Origin: Folioceros fuciformis
Taxonomy: Eukaryota
Direction: 5' to 3'
DNA: 64,000 bases
NCBI GenBank assembly: GCA_049999805.1
Contig: JBNGIO010006379.1
Location: 775,414 to 839,413, forward strand
Shown here: positions 1 through 13,507 of the stretch, one piece after another
Numbering within the stretch: position 1 is the first letter of the stretch
Layout of the letters: every line of letters starts with the position of its first letter
Notes under the pieces: generated by a model
What the model saw: the letters and a program-made list of their open reading frames with translations, nothing else
Told to the model about the DNA's origin: nothing
The model's database searches: none
Program-made: the position numbers and the translations under genes

Positions 1-924
1 TTAGGGCCGGCCGGGAGACGCTACCGGTAGGTCGGCTAGGCCGGGCCGGGCCGAGCTGGGCTGGGCCAGCCCAGCCTAGCCCAGGCCGACCGGGTCCTGT
101 CCCCGCACATTCCTTCCTGTTATCTGCCAGAGTGTTCCAGCTTCCAACTACCCCGAGCGAGACGAGTGTCAGCGAGTAGACGACTAGTCGGGAGTCGCGC
201 GAAGTGGTCGTGATGCGCGAATCGTAACTCTCGATTCGTGTGGACGAATCGGCCAAGAATGGCGTGCCGGACGCGGGCGAGGGAGAGAGAGAGCAGTGCA
301 GTGCTGTGGCGCACGCTCGTGCGTGCCACAGGAATGTCCCCCGCAATTCTGCGGGTTTCCTGCATTGTATCTTTCTCCTGCTCCGGCTCCGACTGTCCGC
401 GTCTCCGCAGGCTCTTGTGCTGCGCTGCCACCTGTAGCGTGCGCTGCGCCCGTTCCTGTTCTGGGGTGCCCGCAACCTGCGCTGCCGCTGACCGGTGAGC
501 TGGGTTCGTGGGGGACGCTCAAGAAGGATCTGTATGTGGCTTTCCAGGCGCACTCTGGCTTGGGGTGGTCAATTCCAGCTCCCTGGCCGCTGGTTTTGCT
601 TTGCTTCCAGTGAAGTAGGCTGAGAGCCGATCTGGTGACGGCTTTCTGGATGCTGCGCTTGGACGGAAATCTGGTCTCTCTTGCTTGCGCGTTGAAGATT
701 TGAATTTTTGGGTTGTTGTTTGTGGGAGGTTGCAGCTGGTGGTGATGCTGGAGGACATGTTTTGTGCCAAAGAGCGGTGGAGGGGAGGAGACGGTGACGT
801 GGGATTTTCGGCTTTGGTTCGGAGATCTCGAGGGTAGGGGGCTGGAAGGAGGTGGTGGTGGAGGGGAGAAGTGGGGGGAGAGGGGCGGAAGAAAAGGGGG
901 TGCGCTGGAGGTTATGTGGTGGCC

Positions 925-2271
925 ATGTCTCATGACCGCGTCACGCTTAATGTGGGAGGAAAGATATTTGTGACCAGCCGTGCTACAATTGCTAATGCGG
1001 GGAGGAACTCTATGTTGGCTGCTATGATCGATTCCTCATGGCAGACCTCGGGGCAGCCGAGCTGTCAAAGTGGGGAGTTTTTCATCGACAGAAATCCAGA
1101 CTATTTTTCTGTGCTGCTGGATCTTTTGAGGACGGAAGAGCTGCATATCCCTCCTGGCATGTCGGAGAAGGCCCTGTACCGTGAGGCTCTGTACTACGGC
1201 GTTCTGGACCATGTTCGGGGTGCCAAGTCTGAAGCTTTGGATGGGAACCGGTTGACGCGCATTGCCTCCGTCAGGGGGTGTGCCACAGGAGATGGAACGG
1301 CCATCAAGGCCAACAGTGAGGGAGGGTGTTGTGTGGCGCATGGATCAATGGTGCATGTGTATGACTGGACGTTGCAGCAGCAGGCTCCTCTGAATCTGGA
1401 TTACATGAACGTCAACGACGTGGACTTCATGGGTCCTCAGAGAGTGGTGATTGGCACCTGCGAGCGGAGCGAAACGCTGGGGGGCATGGCGTCCTTCGAT
1501 GTGGGCACTGGGGAGATCGTGCATAGATACAAGGTGAGCCATGATGGACACAGCAAAAACTTTACGGCAAGTGCGCTGGCCAGCAGCGAAGGGAAGCATC
1601 TCTTTGCTAGTTGCAGAGGCCGAAGCAACGAGCATGGCATTGGGATTTGGGACCAGACCACGGGACAGCAGGTTCATTTCATGTACGAAGGAGTGTGGCC
1701 TTTGGGGCTTGCAAGCAAGCTGCAATGGCTACCCCAGAGTAAGCTCTTGATGGTGGCAACCCTGTACCCCAGTGATGACAGCTTTATTAGCCTTGTAGAT
1801 CCTAGAGCAAAGCACAAAGTGTGGTCCTGGACGGACTCGGACGGCGCCATCCTAGGAGTTCCTGACGAAAAGGTTGTTATGGACGCTGTGGCCATGGAGG
1901 AGTGTTCCGCGATCTGTGTGGTGAACCAGTTTTATCACTTGGGCTTCATTGATGCCAGAGCTGGCCACACCCATGGCCTGAGGTGGGACCATCGTGGCCA
2001 GCCCACAAAAATCCCCGACTCCGAGGAAAGGTGCTACTCCAAGCTTGCTGTGTGGGGTTCTCAGCTGTTTGCAAGCAAGCACGATCACGTCAGCGTGTTA
2101 TGCAGCCCTAACTGGGAGACAGCACGTAGTGTGGAGACAGCCGTGTTGAGGCAGACAGGAGGCGGGGCAATTTCCAACATCACCGTTGGTGGTGATCGAC
2201 TATTTGTGCTGCACAACGAGGAGGATATCTTCGATGTGTGGGAGACGCCAACCATCTCGACTATGATTTGA
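925..2271 (+). CDS. BTB/POZ (KCTD/T1-type) domain protein with C-terminal WD40-like propeller, At2g24240-like
   Basis: Intronless ORF from ATG 925. N-terminal DRVTLNVGGKIFVTSRATI...EFFIDRNPDYFSVLLDLLRT...EALYYG BTB motif; C-terminal GGDRLFVLHNEEDIFDVWET. Confidence 0.88.
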   Translation: MSHDRVTLNVGGKIFVTSRATIANAGRNSMLAAMIDSSWQTSGQPSCQSGEFFIDRNPDYFSVLLDLLRTEELHIPPGMSEKALYREALYYGVLDHVRGAKSEALDGNRLTRIASVRGCATGDGTAIKANSEGGCCVAHGSMVHVYDWTLQQQAPLNLDYMNVNDVDFMGPQRVVIGTCERSETLGGMASFDVGTGEIVHRYKVSHDGHSKNFTASALASSEGKHLFASCRGRSNEHGIGIWDQTTGQQVHFMYEGVWPLGLASKLQWLPQSKLLMVATLYPSDDSFISLVDPRAKHKVWSWTDSDGAILGVPDEKVVMDAVAMEECSAICVVNQFYHLGFIDARAGHTHGLRWDHRGQPTKIPDSEERCYSKLAVWGSQLFASKHDHVSVLCSPNWETARSVETAVLRQTGGGAISNITVGGDRLFVLHNEEDIFDVWETPTISTMI

Positions 2272-2551
2272 AAATGGTAGGAGAACGTATCAGTCATCTT
2301 TAGGACGAAGTCCTAGGAACATCTGCGATTCTGTGTTAATATGTCTTTTCCTTTCATCAATATTTGATCACTCCATTCAGACATTTGTTTGGGACTATCA
2401 ACTGTCCTACTTTGGTGAGTTGATAGCAAACGATCGTATCGTCACTGCACGCAGGCGTTTCCTGAAGAGTAACACAACTTTTTCATATCGACAGTTCCAA
2501 ATCGTTTCCCTTCTCACCGCTTAAACACCAGCATCAAGAATCATAACTTAA

Positions 2552-4630
2552 TTATTCCAACAGCTTCAAGTCAACTCCCTCGTCGAACCCCTTCGAGTCC
2601 AACATGACGTTCGCATCCAGCTGCTTATCAAACTTCTTCTTCCTTCTTGCCTCGTACTCCTGGAATCCCTTCATCTGCACACACATGTTGCACTCAATAT
2701 CAGTGGACTTCATCCAGCAAAACCCTTGTGTCCTTGGACGCACAAGGTAGACAAAACATGTTACCTGATGCAGCAAATCAACGGTGATAGGGTTTCGATG
2801 GATTGACAAATTCTGCAAAGCTCGTGCTTCCATCAGAAGATGAGGCGGGAGCTGTTTCACACATCATCCGCCCATAAGCATCAGGCAACGACGACGGGAT
2901 GTGCCAGACCTAATGGAAGCAAAGATCGAATGGGTGCAAGAAATTCTCAGGAGCTCTGGCACCGGGTTGCATGCTTACTATCTACACTCAGCTCGAATGC
3001 CTCCAATCACGGCAGCTTGCGGATGTAAGCTCAGCTCTGCTATGATACAATGCGTTCCGAATCGTATATGAAAGGAGCAACTATGGTGTGGTGTGGTCCA
3101 GCATAAGGGAAGGAAGATATATGTGAGCGAGGCACAGATGGACAAACAGACCTGCTCCAGGCGGTTACCGTCAAGCCGCAATGATTTCAAGTGAGTCAGG
3201 TTTCCAAGAGATGTTGGTAGTTGCTCAATCACATTATCTGGCACAGCCACGGAGAGGGATTCATGAACATACTCTGTGGCAGCCACAGTGGCTATTGGCC
3301 CTTCATTCCTCTGCCACTTACCCTGCTCCAATCTACCATGACTAGGGACGAAGATTAAGAAAGGAAGCAATCAGCACGAGATTTAGAAATAGCTATTTTT
3401 TCATACCAGACGTTTAGGCCCTTACCGCTGACTTCCAGCTCCTCTAGTGATTGACAAGTCCCCAGGGAAACTGGAAGCGCCTTCAGCTGATTTTTGCTCA
3501 AATCCAAGACTACCAACTAGAACACAAGGAAAGGGGTAAAAGTTAGGAACCCTCCATGGAGAAGGAATCGACGACCACTTTTCGCGCAGTGGTTGAGAAA
3601 GCTGCGCATATCTTTGCAGACTGCCAGGCAAAGTACTGAGTTGGACCTTTCGCAGAGTACCAAACACGTCTGGTATAGAATCAAGAGAGTTGCCGGACAG
3701 AGATAACTTTTCCAATCTGCTGAGGAGCCCCACTAAATACACGGTGCTGTCAGAACCAGAAGGTCACCCTCACCGTCTTGAACTGCACAAACAGGCCTGA
3801 CAATCTTGGCCAAACGAAGGCCCGAATGCCTCACAAATAACCAGCAGCCATGAAAATGCACAGAAAATCCCAGATGCACAGCTTCTGAATTCTAACCTTC
3901 TTCAGGTAACTTCTCTAGTCGATTGTTGTCAAGTGCAAGGACTTTCAGGTGCTGCAGCTTGCCAATGGAGGGAGGGAGGCTTTCCAACTGGTTTACCGCA
4001 AGTATCTAACAAAAGCATGCACGGAAGTCAGCTCCAAGTTGCAAGAATCATTACGGAATCCAGGTCCACACTATCATCACAGCTATAGAGTACTGCAGAT
4101 GTTTTATGACCCAGAAGCATGAGCTTCCTATTATTTGCACGACGACACTCACCAATCGTTGCAGGTTCACGAAATCCCCGATCTCAGAGGGAAGGAGAGC
4201 TGCACACAAAGAGCGGATGCAAGGCAGATCAACACATCACCAGTGTACAGAAGCAGACCAGCTGCTACTCTAATATTAGTGCACAGTGAAAGGAAAAGCG
4301 CACCGATCTTGTTGTTCGTGACATCTAGGGTCCGAATGCTCGTCGCTATCTCCAAAACTGCACCGGGAATACCCTGTTGCATCACCGAGACTGTAATCAA
4401 CTGCAATTTCTAGCGTGCATCAAACATCCTGGTCATCATCCAACTTATGAATGTCAAATCCGAATTGTGTGGTGTATGGTGGAGAATCCTTGCACGCCAT
4501 TGTACAGCGGCCTACGTGGGGGTACCTTCAACTTAGAGTCTCTGAGACCCACAATGCCTGTGGTGCGCCACTTGGCAACCTTGTGCTGCTGATTTCCTCC
4601 TCCCGCAAGCTTGCCCTCGCAGCAGCCCAT
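2552..4630 (-). CDS. Leucine-rich repeat protein, LRRC57/At5g07910-like, multi-exon
   Basis: Starts MGCCEGK...KWRTTGIVGLRDSKLK. LRR exons include RTLDVTNNKI, LEKLSLSGNSL, LKSLRLDGNRL and LQNLSIHRNPI. Ends YEARRKKKFDKQLDANVMLDSKGFDEGVD. Confidence 0.85.
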
Positions 4631-5135
4631 TTTGACTCTGCTAGCTTACTATTGACTTTGCCACTCCCTCGCACCTGCCTACAGGCCACCTGCATCTCGA
4701 ATAAGCACGACACGAATCTTCCGTTTCAACAATAACCTGTGTAAAATTGGAGCCTTTCCGAACCATCAGAGCCAGCCTCATTGTTGCCAAAAGCCTCGCT
4801 GCGCACCTCGGTTGTGGATGCAGCGGCTGGAGCACTCGGAATCTGAGTGTTGCCCACAGCAAGCCCACAATCGTCACGGGGTGGTTGGGCAAACAGACCT
4901 CTGATCTTCGTCCCATCCTCGTAAAACTCATCATAAGTAAATTTCAATTGTCATCTCTATTCTTCACTTGCCTTATCAGCAAAACGTCGTGTGCAAGACA
5001 CTTCCTTTTTTTGTAGCCCCAAAACCTAATCGTGGGTCATCGCTCGGGAGACGCGATGGTGTAGCCAGGTAGCCGATCCTGGTCAGGGAGGGTTGCAGGA
5101 TCCCATCTGCCGGCCTTGGCTATGGATACCCTGGC

Positions 5136-7230
5136 ATGGTGATCTTGCCGTCGCAAGCTCCTGCCATGGCGTCAGGTGGATTGTTGGCCGTGGGCACTGA
5201 CAACCAGGAGAGCGCCAAGGTGGGGCTGCCCGAAGCCCCGCAGGTGCAATGCGTGCAGATCGTGAGCAAGGAGTTCACTGGAGTGCGCGTGGCCGGGTGG
5301 CAGATCCAGACAAAGAAGCGCTCGATTCTCAACATGGGCGAGGTGGAAAGGTGGGTTTGTTGGTGTTGCTGCTTTGCTTGGTGTGGTTGTATCCGCCTCC
5401 GGGGTCCTGCGCTTGGCTCTGGGAGCCAGCCGCGTTGACGTTCTGATGGTTTCGTTTGGGGCACGGTGAATAAATGTGTTGGACTCTGTGTGCTTAGATG
5501 GGAGAAGCTGCTCGAAACCGGTCATCTGCCGGAGATGGTGTTCGGGAACAGCTCACTGGAGCTCTCGCATCAAGTCACGGGAATCAAGATACACTTCAAC
5601 GCTTTGGATGCTTTGCGGGCTTGGAAGGAAGAAAAGCTACCTCCTGTGGAAGTGCCAGCTGCCGCCAAATGGAAGTTTAGGAGGTAAGTGTTACTCCGTG
5701 CATTTCTGTGGACGAGTGACGTCGGAAGTCGCATTAGGCCGTGGTGCGTGGCATAGCTCAGCATGGTAAGGATTGTGTGCAGTGCGATATCCAAGTGTAA
5801 TATGTTGACTTGACGTTCTGGCCGCGGAGCATAGTTGTCCGAGCCGTGGACCTTAAGTTTTTGTCACGGGCAAGACAGAGGCATTCGTCTGTGTGATCTG
5901 TTAGGCAGCTGCAGTCTGTAGTTTCGTGATTCTGAAGGCCATTCATCCAGCATGTTGCAGAGCTAAGGTACTGGAAAGAGGTGAACTCGTTCGCGAGAGT
6001 CGTCATATTCATCTCTCAACACTAACACCAGAGTTGGTCGGACGAGGGTATTCTTGTGGATGTTGTTTCCATGACACACTCTGGCAACTTTGTCCTTCTG
6101 GGCTTGCAGCAAGCCAAGCCATCAACTGATTCTTGACTACGACTATACCTTTACCACCCCCTACAGTGGAAGCGAGGTTATCGAGGAGCCGGTAAAGCTT
6201 TCCAGTACCTGGCTCTAGTATTAGAAGTGGTCCCAGGCTTAAAGGCATTGCCGAAAGAGTATGTGTGCTCGTAATGGCTCTGTACTGAAAGATGTGCAAG
6301 GCAATAGACAAAAGTCTCAGAACTGAAGTGCATTTCTGCATGTGACTCACAGGACTCGTCAGAAGCCGAGGACGTCAAGGATCAATCAACTCCTCAGCCT
6401 TCAAAGAGCCTAGAATGGGTGGAGTGCAAAGACGAAATCGACCTAGTGGCGCTGCAGGCTAAGGATCCCATTCTTTTCTATGATGAGGTGAACTGGTCAA
6501 AACGTTTGCTTGTATTTTGTTCTTCGCTGGCTACAGCGACTGCCTCGAGGTCACAGCTGAGAAATGCACGGTCTGCCTGCCCTACAGGTGGTACTGTACG
6601 AGGATGAACTAGCTGACAACGGAATTTCATGTCTGTCCGTGAAAGTGGTAAGCTTGGACTGTCTTGCGGCTGGTCTGTCATCTCTCTCACCTTCATGGCT
6701 TGATAGGTCTTCTGTTAATACAAACTGTGTGTCGTCGCAGAGAGTGATGCCGACTTGCTGGTTTCTTCTTTTGCGTTTCTGGGTAAGCTCACGCTGGAAA
6801 GCCTTCTTCCTTACAACGCAGTTCGCATGTCACTTCTAAGATACGGTTGAAATGTGGTGCTGCAGCTACGAGTGGACGGGTCTATCATGAGACTTAGGGA
6901 CACACGCATTTTCTCAGCATTTCAAGAGGACAAGAAGACGGAGCCACTGGTTATCCGAGAGCACGTGGAGAGAGAAGAAACGTTCGAGTCACTGGCCAGG
7001 GTACGAAGTGCATTTGGCCATGTTTGCCAGCTCGTGAGAAACAGGTCCTTCTGTGCGGCCGTGCTGATCGCAAGCCTTTGTCCTTGTCGGTGATTTGGCA
7101 GAGAGGTCTGCCCTCGGAGTCATCAGCCTACGCAGACCCGACCTCAGCTTCTGAAAAGCTGCAAATCACGAAACGCCGTAACGAGAAGCTGGTGATCAGA
7201 GTCAAGGCTCAGGAGAAGCTCTCTTCGTGA
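5136..7230 (+). CDS. TIP41: TIP41-like protein (TIPRL, PP2A/TOR regulator), multi-exon
   Basis: Exon motifs HLPEMVFG, IHFNALDAL, DYDYTFTTPYSGS, DPILFYDEV, LYEDELADNG, RVMPTCWFLLLRFW and LRVDGSIMRLRDTR. Start may be 5136 or 5166. Confidence 0.92.
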
Positions 7231-8764
7231 TGCCATAGGGAGGAAAGAAGGCACCCTACCCTAGGTCGTGCAGATTTCCGGGTCCGCAGCAGCAAGGCAT
7301 TAGGCGAGCTGTTGTGCAGTAGCAGTGTAGTGCTCGCGAGCGCGGCTTCAGCCCTGGCGCCCCTTTTTTCTTTGTCGCGCTCCTAGTGTCGTGCAATCCT
7401 TCTCATAAACAGGAAATGAGAGGACAACGTGAGTCATGGATCACGTTGCTCTCCCTGCATGTAAACTCCATAGTCTGTCTGCACCTGCCGGACGCCCGCA
7501 TCACCAACACTCAACCATCACCGACGAAGCAGGCACCGTCAAGCCAGCCTGCCGCGCCCTAACTCGCACGATGCCGGAAGGACGGACACCGAAAGGACGG
7601 CGATCGTGGCCCCTCTATAATTGGCGCGGCCTACGCACTGGCGCGTCACATGGCTCGGTGGCGCCTGCTGGACCATACAGTAATGCAGAGATTGGCACGG
7701 GATGTGAGGCGGGAGGATATTTACGGCGAAAAGGAAAGTACCTACTGAGTAGGGTCACAGGCGGTGGTGCAGGCATGCAGGCAAGCTCTGGGCTGTCCCT
7801 GTCCTTTCCAGTCTGCCGTCGCCAATCAGAAGCGTCCATATCGGGGACAGGACGTGTGTGAGCCACCTAATGCGGCAACCTGAGTTAAGCGCTGGAAGCA
7901 GTCTCCAACCTCCGTAAAGGAATTGGTCATGGATGTGATATGTATGTGGTGTCACGTATATGAGGGACATTTGTCAGGGCGAAGATGGTGCGGATTGTGT
8001 TGGAAACGCCTTTGATAAGCCTTGGGAATGCCTTAGGCATGTCTTGTAAAAGCCTGTGATATAACCTGTCCTGCAAATGCCTTTGATATGTCTTGCAAGC
8101 GCTTTTGATCTGCGTATGCAAAGGCCTTGCATGTGGCACATATGCTTGAATGTGTTGGCAAATGAACCGTGTGGCAAACGGCTTTGATATGAGGTGCAGA
8201 TGCAGAAACTCTGGCGAGAGAGACGGTGTGCTTATTTTGTGAACGTTGGAACGGGGACATTTGGTTTGGTTTAGTTAGCTCCACTTTCTGGCAGGAGGTG
8301 ATTGCGCGTGTTCTGAGCAGTGATTTTCTCGACACACATAATCCGATGGCATCAGTCCGAAACAGTGACACTGGTTTGTTGTCGTGGAATGTACTGTGGT
8401 TGTCTCTCTTTCATCTGGGAACCCTACGGGGGGGTTATATATTACAGCAGGGAAGCAGCTTTCTTCAAGCCTTGAGCTCTCGTTGCTTCATCCAGGACCG
8501 TGTGCGCTTCCCTCGACGCCTCCAGCTTCTCTGCGGATTGCTGCTGCTGCTTGTGGGGGACCGGTGCGCGCTCGCTCTCGTCTCCTCCTCGTGGAATTCG
8601 AATGCGGGCAATTGCGGGCATGCGTGTTGAGCACTGGAATTGGGATCCGATCTGTGCTGCTTGCTTGCTTCTTGGCGCACAAGCGCAATCCCGGACTAGG
8701 ATTGGTTCTTGGCGGGAATTCTGAGCCCGCGGCGTGTCCCCGCCTGCAGGTGCGGCAACGAGAG

Positions 8765-11700
8765 ATGGCTTCCCACATCGTCGGCTACCCGCGTATGGGC
8801 CCCAAGAGGGAGCTCAAGTTCGCGCTGGAGTCGTTCTGGGATGGCAAGAGCGACGCCTCCGCTCTCGAGACGGTCGCCAAGGAGCTCCGCCTGGCTATCT
8901 GGAAGCAGGCGGCTGACGCCGGCGTCCGCTTCATTCCTAGCAACACCTTCTCGTTCTACGACCAGGTGCTGGACACCACCGCCGCGCTGGGAGCCGTGCC
9001 TCCCCGTTACGGTTGGGTCGGCGGAGAAGTGGGGTTCGACGTCTACTTCTCCATGGCCCGAGGGAACAAGTCCCAGCCGGCCATGGAAATGACCAAGTGG
9101 TTCGACACCAACTAGTGAGTGCACCACGTCCGCCGCTTCACCTGCTAGATCCTTGTCTTTGTATTTGGCTGCTGCTGCTACCTGCTGCGGGGACGGGGAA
9201 GGAATTGCTCTGATCACTATCTGCGGGTTTTGGCCCGATCCTTCTCGCGTAGCCACTACATTGTACCGGAGTTGAGCCCGGATACCAAGTTCAAGTTGTC
9301 CTCGCGCAAGGCGGTTGAGGAGTACAAGGAAGCCAAATCGGTACGTGGCAGGAATCACTTGTCTGGAACTGAAAGTGTTTATATCGGCTGAGTTTATAAT
9401 CGCATCTGACTAATAATAGTAGTTGCGTCTGAAGCAGATTGGTGTCGAGACAGTCCCTGTGCTTGTGGGTCCCGTCACCTACTTATTGCTGGCAAAGCCT
9501 GCCAAGGGTGTCGATAAGGCGTTCGATCTGCTTTCTCTACTGGACGCCGTCCTCCCCGTTTACAAGTGAGTGCTTGTAGACGCGGAGGCTCGTTGGCTTG
9601 TTGACGTTGCCGGGAACATCGCATTTTGTTGATGGTCGCTTTCCCGTGTGTCCGAATAGGGAGTTGGTTTCTGAGTTGAAGGAAGCAGGTGCGAAGTGGG
9701 TTCAGTTTGATGAGCCTGCACTTGTGCTGGACTTGGAAGCCAGCAAGCTAGATGCTTTCCGCAAGGCGTACGCTTTCTTGGGTACTGACATTGGGGAGAC
9801 CAAGTACATTCTTCAAACGTATTTCGCAGACATCCCTGTGGGAGCATACAAGTGAGTGGGCATTCCGTTCTTTTCATAGATCTGTGGCTGTGCTCTTTAT
9901 GGATGGAGCAGGGAATTCGGGTCGCTAAAACTCGCCTTTCATTGTCGCCAGGCTGCTGGCTGAGCTTGATAGCATCTCCGCTATAGGCCTGGACCTTGTT
10001 CGTGGGACAAAGACTTTGGAACTCATCAAGGAAATCGGGTTCCCTAGTGGCAAGACTCTGTTTGCAGGAGTGGTTGATGGGCGTAACATTTGGGCTAATG
10101 ACCTTTCAGCCTCACTTGCTCTGCTGCAGCAGCTACAGAAGCAAGTTGGAAAAGGTACGGACTGTGGTTTGCCCTCTTGCGGAGCAGTACGGGAGATAAT
10201 GAGATATTCCGGAATGTGGATTCTGTGTTTTGTTTTTAATGCGGTATGATCTGCAACAATCATGCACAGAGAACTTGGTGGTCTCCACTTCAAGCTCTTT
10301 GCTCCACACCGCTGTTGACTTGAGCAATGAGACAAAGCTAGATGCTGAGCTAAAGTCTTGGCTAGCATTTGCTGCTCAGAAAGTGGTGGAAGTCGTAGCT
10401 CTTGCCAATGCTCTTGCAGGAAAGAAAGATGAGGTACATGAACTGAGATGGATGGCGCCAGTTCTCTCCAGTTTCAAGCTTTCGAGTGGACTTTCTGCCA
10501 TCGGTGCACTGAAACTATCGTCGTTCTGTGCGGTATTGGCGAGCAGGACTTTTTCGCGGCAAATGCTGCTGCTCAAGCTTCGAGGACATCTTCCCCAAGG
10601 GTTCATGACAAAGCGGTCCAGGAAGCTGTTAGTTCTTTGATCCTTGAGGCCCACCTGTGCACAACCTGCAGCCCTGCCTACACGATAGAAATGTTCTAAT
10701 TTGTGTCTCTTCCCTCTCAGATCAAGGCTCTGCAAGGCTCGGAGCACAGGCGAGCATCACCTGTGCAACACCGCCTGCAGGAGCAGCAGAAGCACCTTAA
10801 GCTTCCGATTTTGCCGACGACCACTATTGGCTCGTTCCCACAGACTCCTGAGTTGAGGAGAGTCCGCAGAGACTTCAAGAGCAATAAGTGAGTATCAGAG
10901 ATACCTCCTGGAGATTTGGAAAGTATCAATCGTGGCGAGCGCATCTAACATCATGACGAGTTGACTTGTGTGCAGGATAACAGAAGACGAGTATGTTAAA
11001 GCTATCCAGGCAGAGATTGCAAAGGTTGTCAAGCTGCAGGAAGATCTTGACATTGATGTGCTTGTGCATGGAGAACCAGAGGTGAGTTTTGTTCCCTTGA
11101 TTTTTGTGGCACACTAGTTGGGACAATGGCTAATCTTGCTTGGGCTGATCTGCTTTTGCAGCGGAATGACATGGTAGAGTACTTCGGTGAGCAACTCAAG
11201 GGATTCGTGTTCACTGCCAATGGGTGGGTCCAATCGTATGGATCCCGATGTGTGAAGCCACCAATCATCTTTGGAGATGTTAGCCGGCCAACTGCAATGA
11301 CGGTGACGTGGTCTAAGTATGCCCAGAGTCTCACAGCACGCCCGATGAAGGGAATGCTGACAGGGCCTGTCACTATTCTCAACTGGTCATTTGTTCGGAA
11401 CGATCAGCCTCGGTTAGTAAGATCATTGCAGTTGGTCCTCTGAGCACATCAAACTGTACAGGCATTCGGACTTATCAATCGTCACTCTTCTGCTACTGGC
11501 AGGTCTGACACAACGATGCAGATTGCCCTGGCTATCAAGGATGAAGTCGAGGACCTTGAAGCTGCCGGAATCCAGGTATCAATAAAATAGCTTCATGGCC
11601 TCTAATTTCTTTGGTAGGAACTTCCTTAACTGGTTTCTCATGGCGATCATGTTCTTGTAGGTGATCCAAATTGATGAAGCTGCTTTGAGAGAAGGGTTGC

Positions 11701-12335
11701 CTCTTCGAAAGTCTGAACAGGCCAGCTATCTTGACTGGGCCGTGCATGCTTTCCGCATAACCGCCGTTGGGGTGAAGGACACAACTCAGGTTCTGTCATC
11801 AACTGATATTTGAGAAGGGCGCACAGCTTAATGGTTTCTTGTGCTTACATAACATGGACTTGTCACTCTTGCAGATCCACACTCACATGTGTTACTCTCA
11901 CTTCAATGACATCATCCACTCTATCATTGATATGGATGCTGATGTCATCACCATTGAGAATTCCCGCTCTGATGAGAAGCTGCTGTCTGTGTTCCGTGAG
12001 GGAGTGACTTACGGTGCAGGCATTGGCCCTGGTGTGTACGATATTCATTCGCCGCGTGTGCCAGACACGGAAGAAATGGCGGAGCGTGTCCGGAAGGTAA
12101 GACTTTCAACTGTGGCCCTGACCACCTTTTACCTTGTGTCAAGTCAGAGTGTCGTCGCTAACCCTGAACCAGAAATTTGGCACTCCAGATGTTTGCAGTT
12201 CTGGACCTGAAGGTTTTGTGGATAAACCCCGACTGTGGACTCAAGACAAGGAAGTACGCTGAAGTTATCCCAGCCTTGACAAACTTGGTGAACAGCGCGA
12301 AGTTACTCCGCAAGGAGTTGGCATCTGCTCAGTGA
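8765..12335 (+). CDS. METE: Cobalamin-independent methionine synthase, multi-exon
   Basis: [73 protein letters not shown] and [11 protein letters not shown] (Zn ligands); TGA at 12333-12335. Confidence 0.97.
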
Positions 12336-12952
12336 AGTGCTAAGTGAGGATGATGAAACATGGAGTGTTGACTCGGGGGATATGATTTACCTTTGATAGA
12401 CTTGCTGTTCTGCGCTTAGCAGAATCCTGAACTCGATGTCAGCTGTGCCTGAAGTTTTGGTAGATGAAAGATGTTCTCGAAATGGACACGCGGAAGCTGT
12501 TACGCCTTTCCTGCGATGTCCTCGTTGCTTGCTTCTTCATTTCAATTCAACTCCAGTTCCTCGTTACATGAGGAACTCTAAACCACTATGGACAGAATTC
12601 GTCCATGACGGAAAATTCGTCCATACTGTCTTTAGTTGACTTCAATTGAACTCTTCCTCTTTTTACGCGACAGGGAAAAATGAATATTATTAAACTTATT
12701 TGATATATATCCTGCAATTGAACACAAAAGTAAAATAGATTGTGAACATGATATTCTCTATCATAAGCTGCCTCAAACATAAAATATTATTCTAAATATT
12801 TTACACTTATATATGAGTGTTATAGAATTCCTTTACTCTTACAACGAACGTAAGAATACCTGCTATTACAATGATATATATCATTTCAACATAGAGGACT
12901 TTACCTCATCCCTTACAACTCACAAATGCAATGACAACAATATATTGATGTA

Positions 12953-13507
12953 TTAAACACCCACACTTCTGCTTATCTTATATTGAAAAAAACAGTGCTC
13001 ATCACGCAATATGGAAGCATTGTAAGCCTGTTTGCAATACCCATCTCCCTCATTCAAAAGCTTGTCCAAAGCATTTGTTAGGCAACTCCAGCAATCGACA
13101 TATAAAGCCATGTAATCCATTTTATCAAGGGATTTACCTAAGTTTGCCGTCAAAGTATCACGAAAACAATTTCCCTTGAAGTATATGCGATTTCCGTGAT
13201 CATCGTCACTATAAGCCTCATAAGGCAGCTCGTATGTTGCATCATTTGGTAGCTTCAATTCCGTGTTGTTTTCAAAACGTAAACATGTTGGAGAAATCAC
13301 ATTTTGTCTCGCATATTGTATCAAACCTGCAAAATCTGAATTTGATGTCGAAAAGCTTCCCCCGCATTGATATTTATCCCCGTACTTGGTCTTGATTCCT
13401 CCTACTATTATTTCGTCGTCTGGGATATTTGAGCAGACTAATTTTGGTATTACTGCGTTCAAGAAAATAATCATGCAATAAGTCTTTTGTAGTAGTGAAG
13501 ACTTCAT
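12953..13507 (-). CDS. Small secreted cysteine-rich protein, divergent Gnk2/DUF26-like
   Basis: Intronless 184-aa ORF in AT-rich DNA with a hydrophobic N-terminus. GNC...DCWSCL...YC...A.I...HCFFQY resembles the Gnk2 C...CxxC...C...C..RY pattern. Confidence 0.5.
   Translation of the reverse strand: MKSSLLQKTYCMIIFLNAVIPKLVCSNIPDDEIIVGGIKTKYGDKYQCGGSFSTSNSDFAGLIQYARQNVISPTCLRFENNTELKLPNDATYELPYEAYSDDDHGNRIYFKGNCFRDTLTANLGKSLDKMDYMALYVDCWSCLTNALDKLLNEGDGYCKQAYNASILRDEHCFFQYKISRSVGV

Noticed and set aside
1-100. GC-rich GGCC/GGGCT inverted repeats at the window start
   Set aside because: Truncated by the window edge; cannot define an element.
184-933. 249-aa Pro/His-rich minus-strand ORF
   Set aside because: Low-complexity translation of the G-rich leader of the BTB gene; no motif support.
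8200-8764. Cobalamin or SAM riboswitch upstream of MetE
   Set aside because: No recognisable conserved aptamer motifs; the region looks like promoter plus a 5'-UTR intron.
12584-12625. CACTA plus small inverted repeats as a CACTA transposon end
   Set aside because: No matching TAGTG terminus found at the other side of the island.
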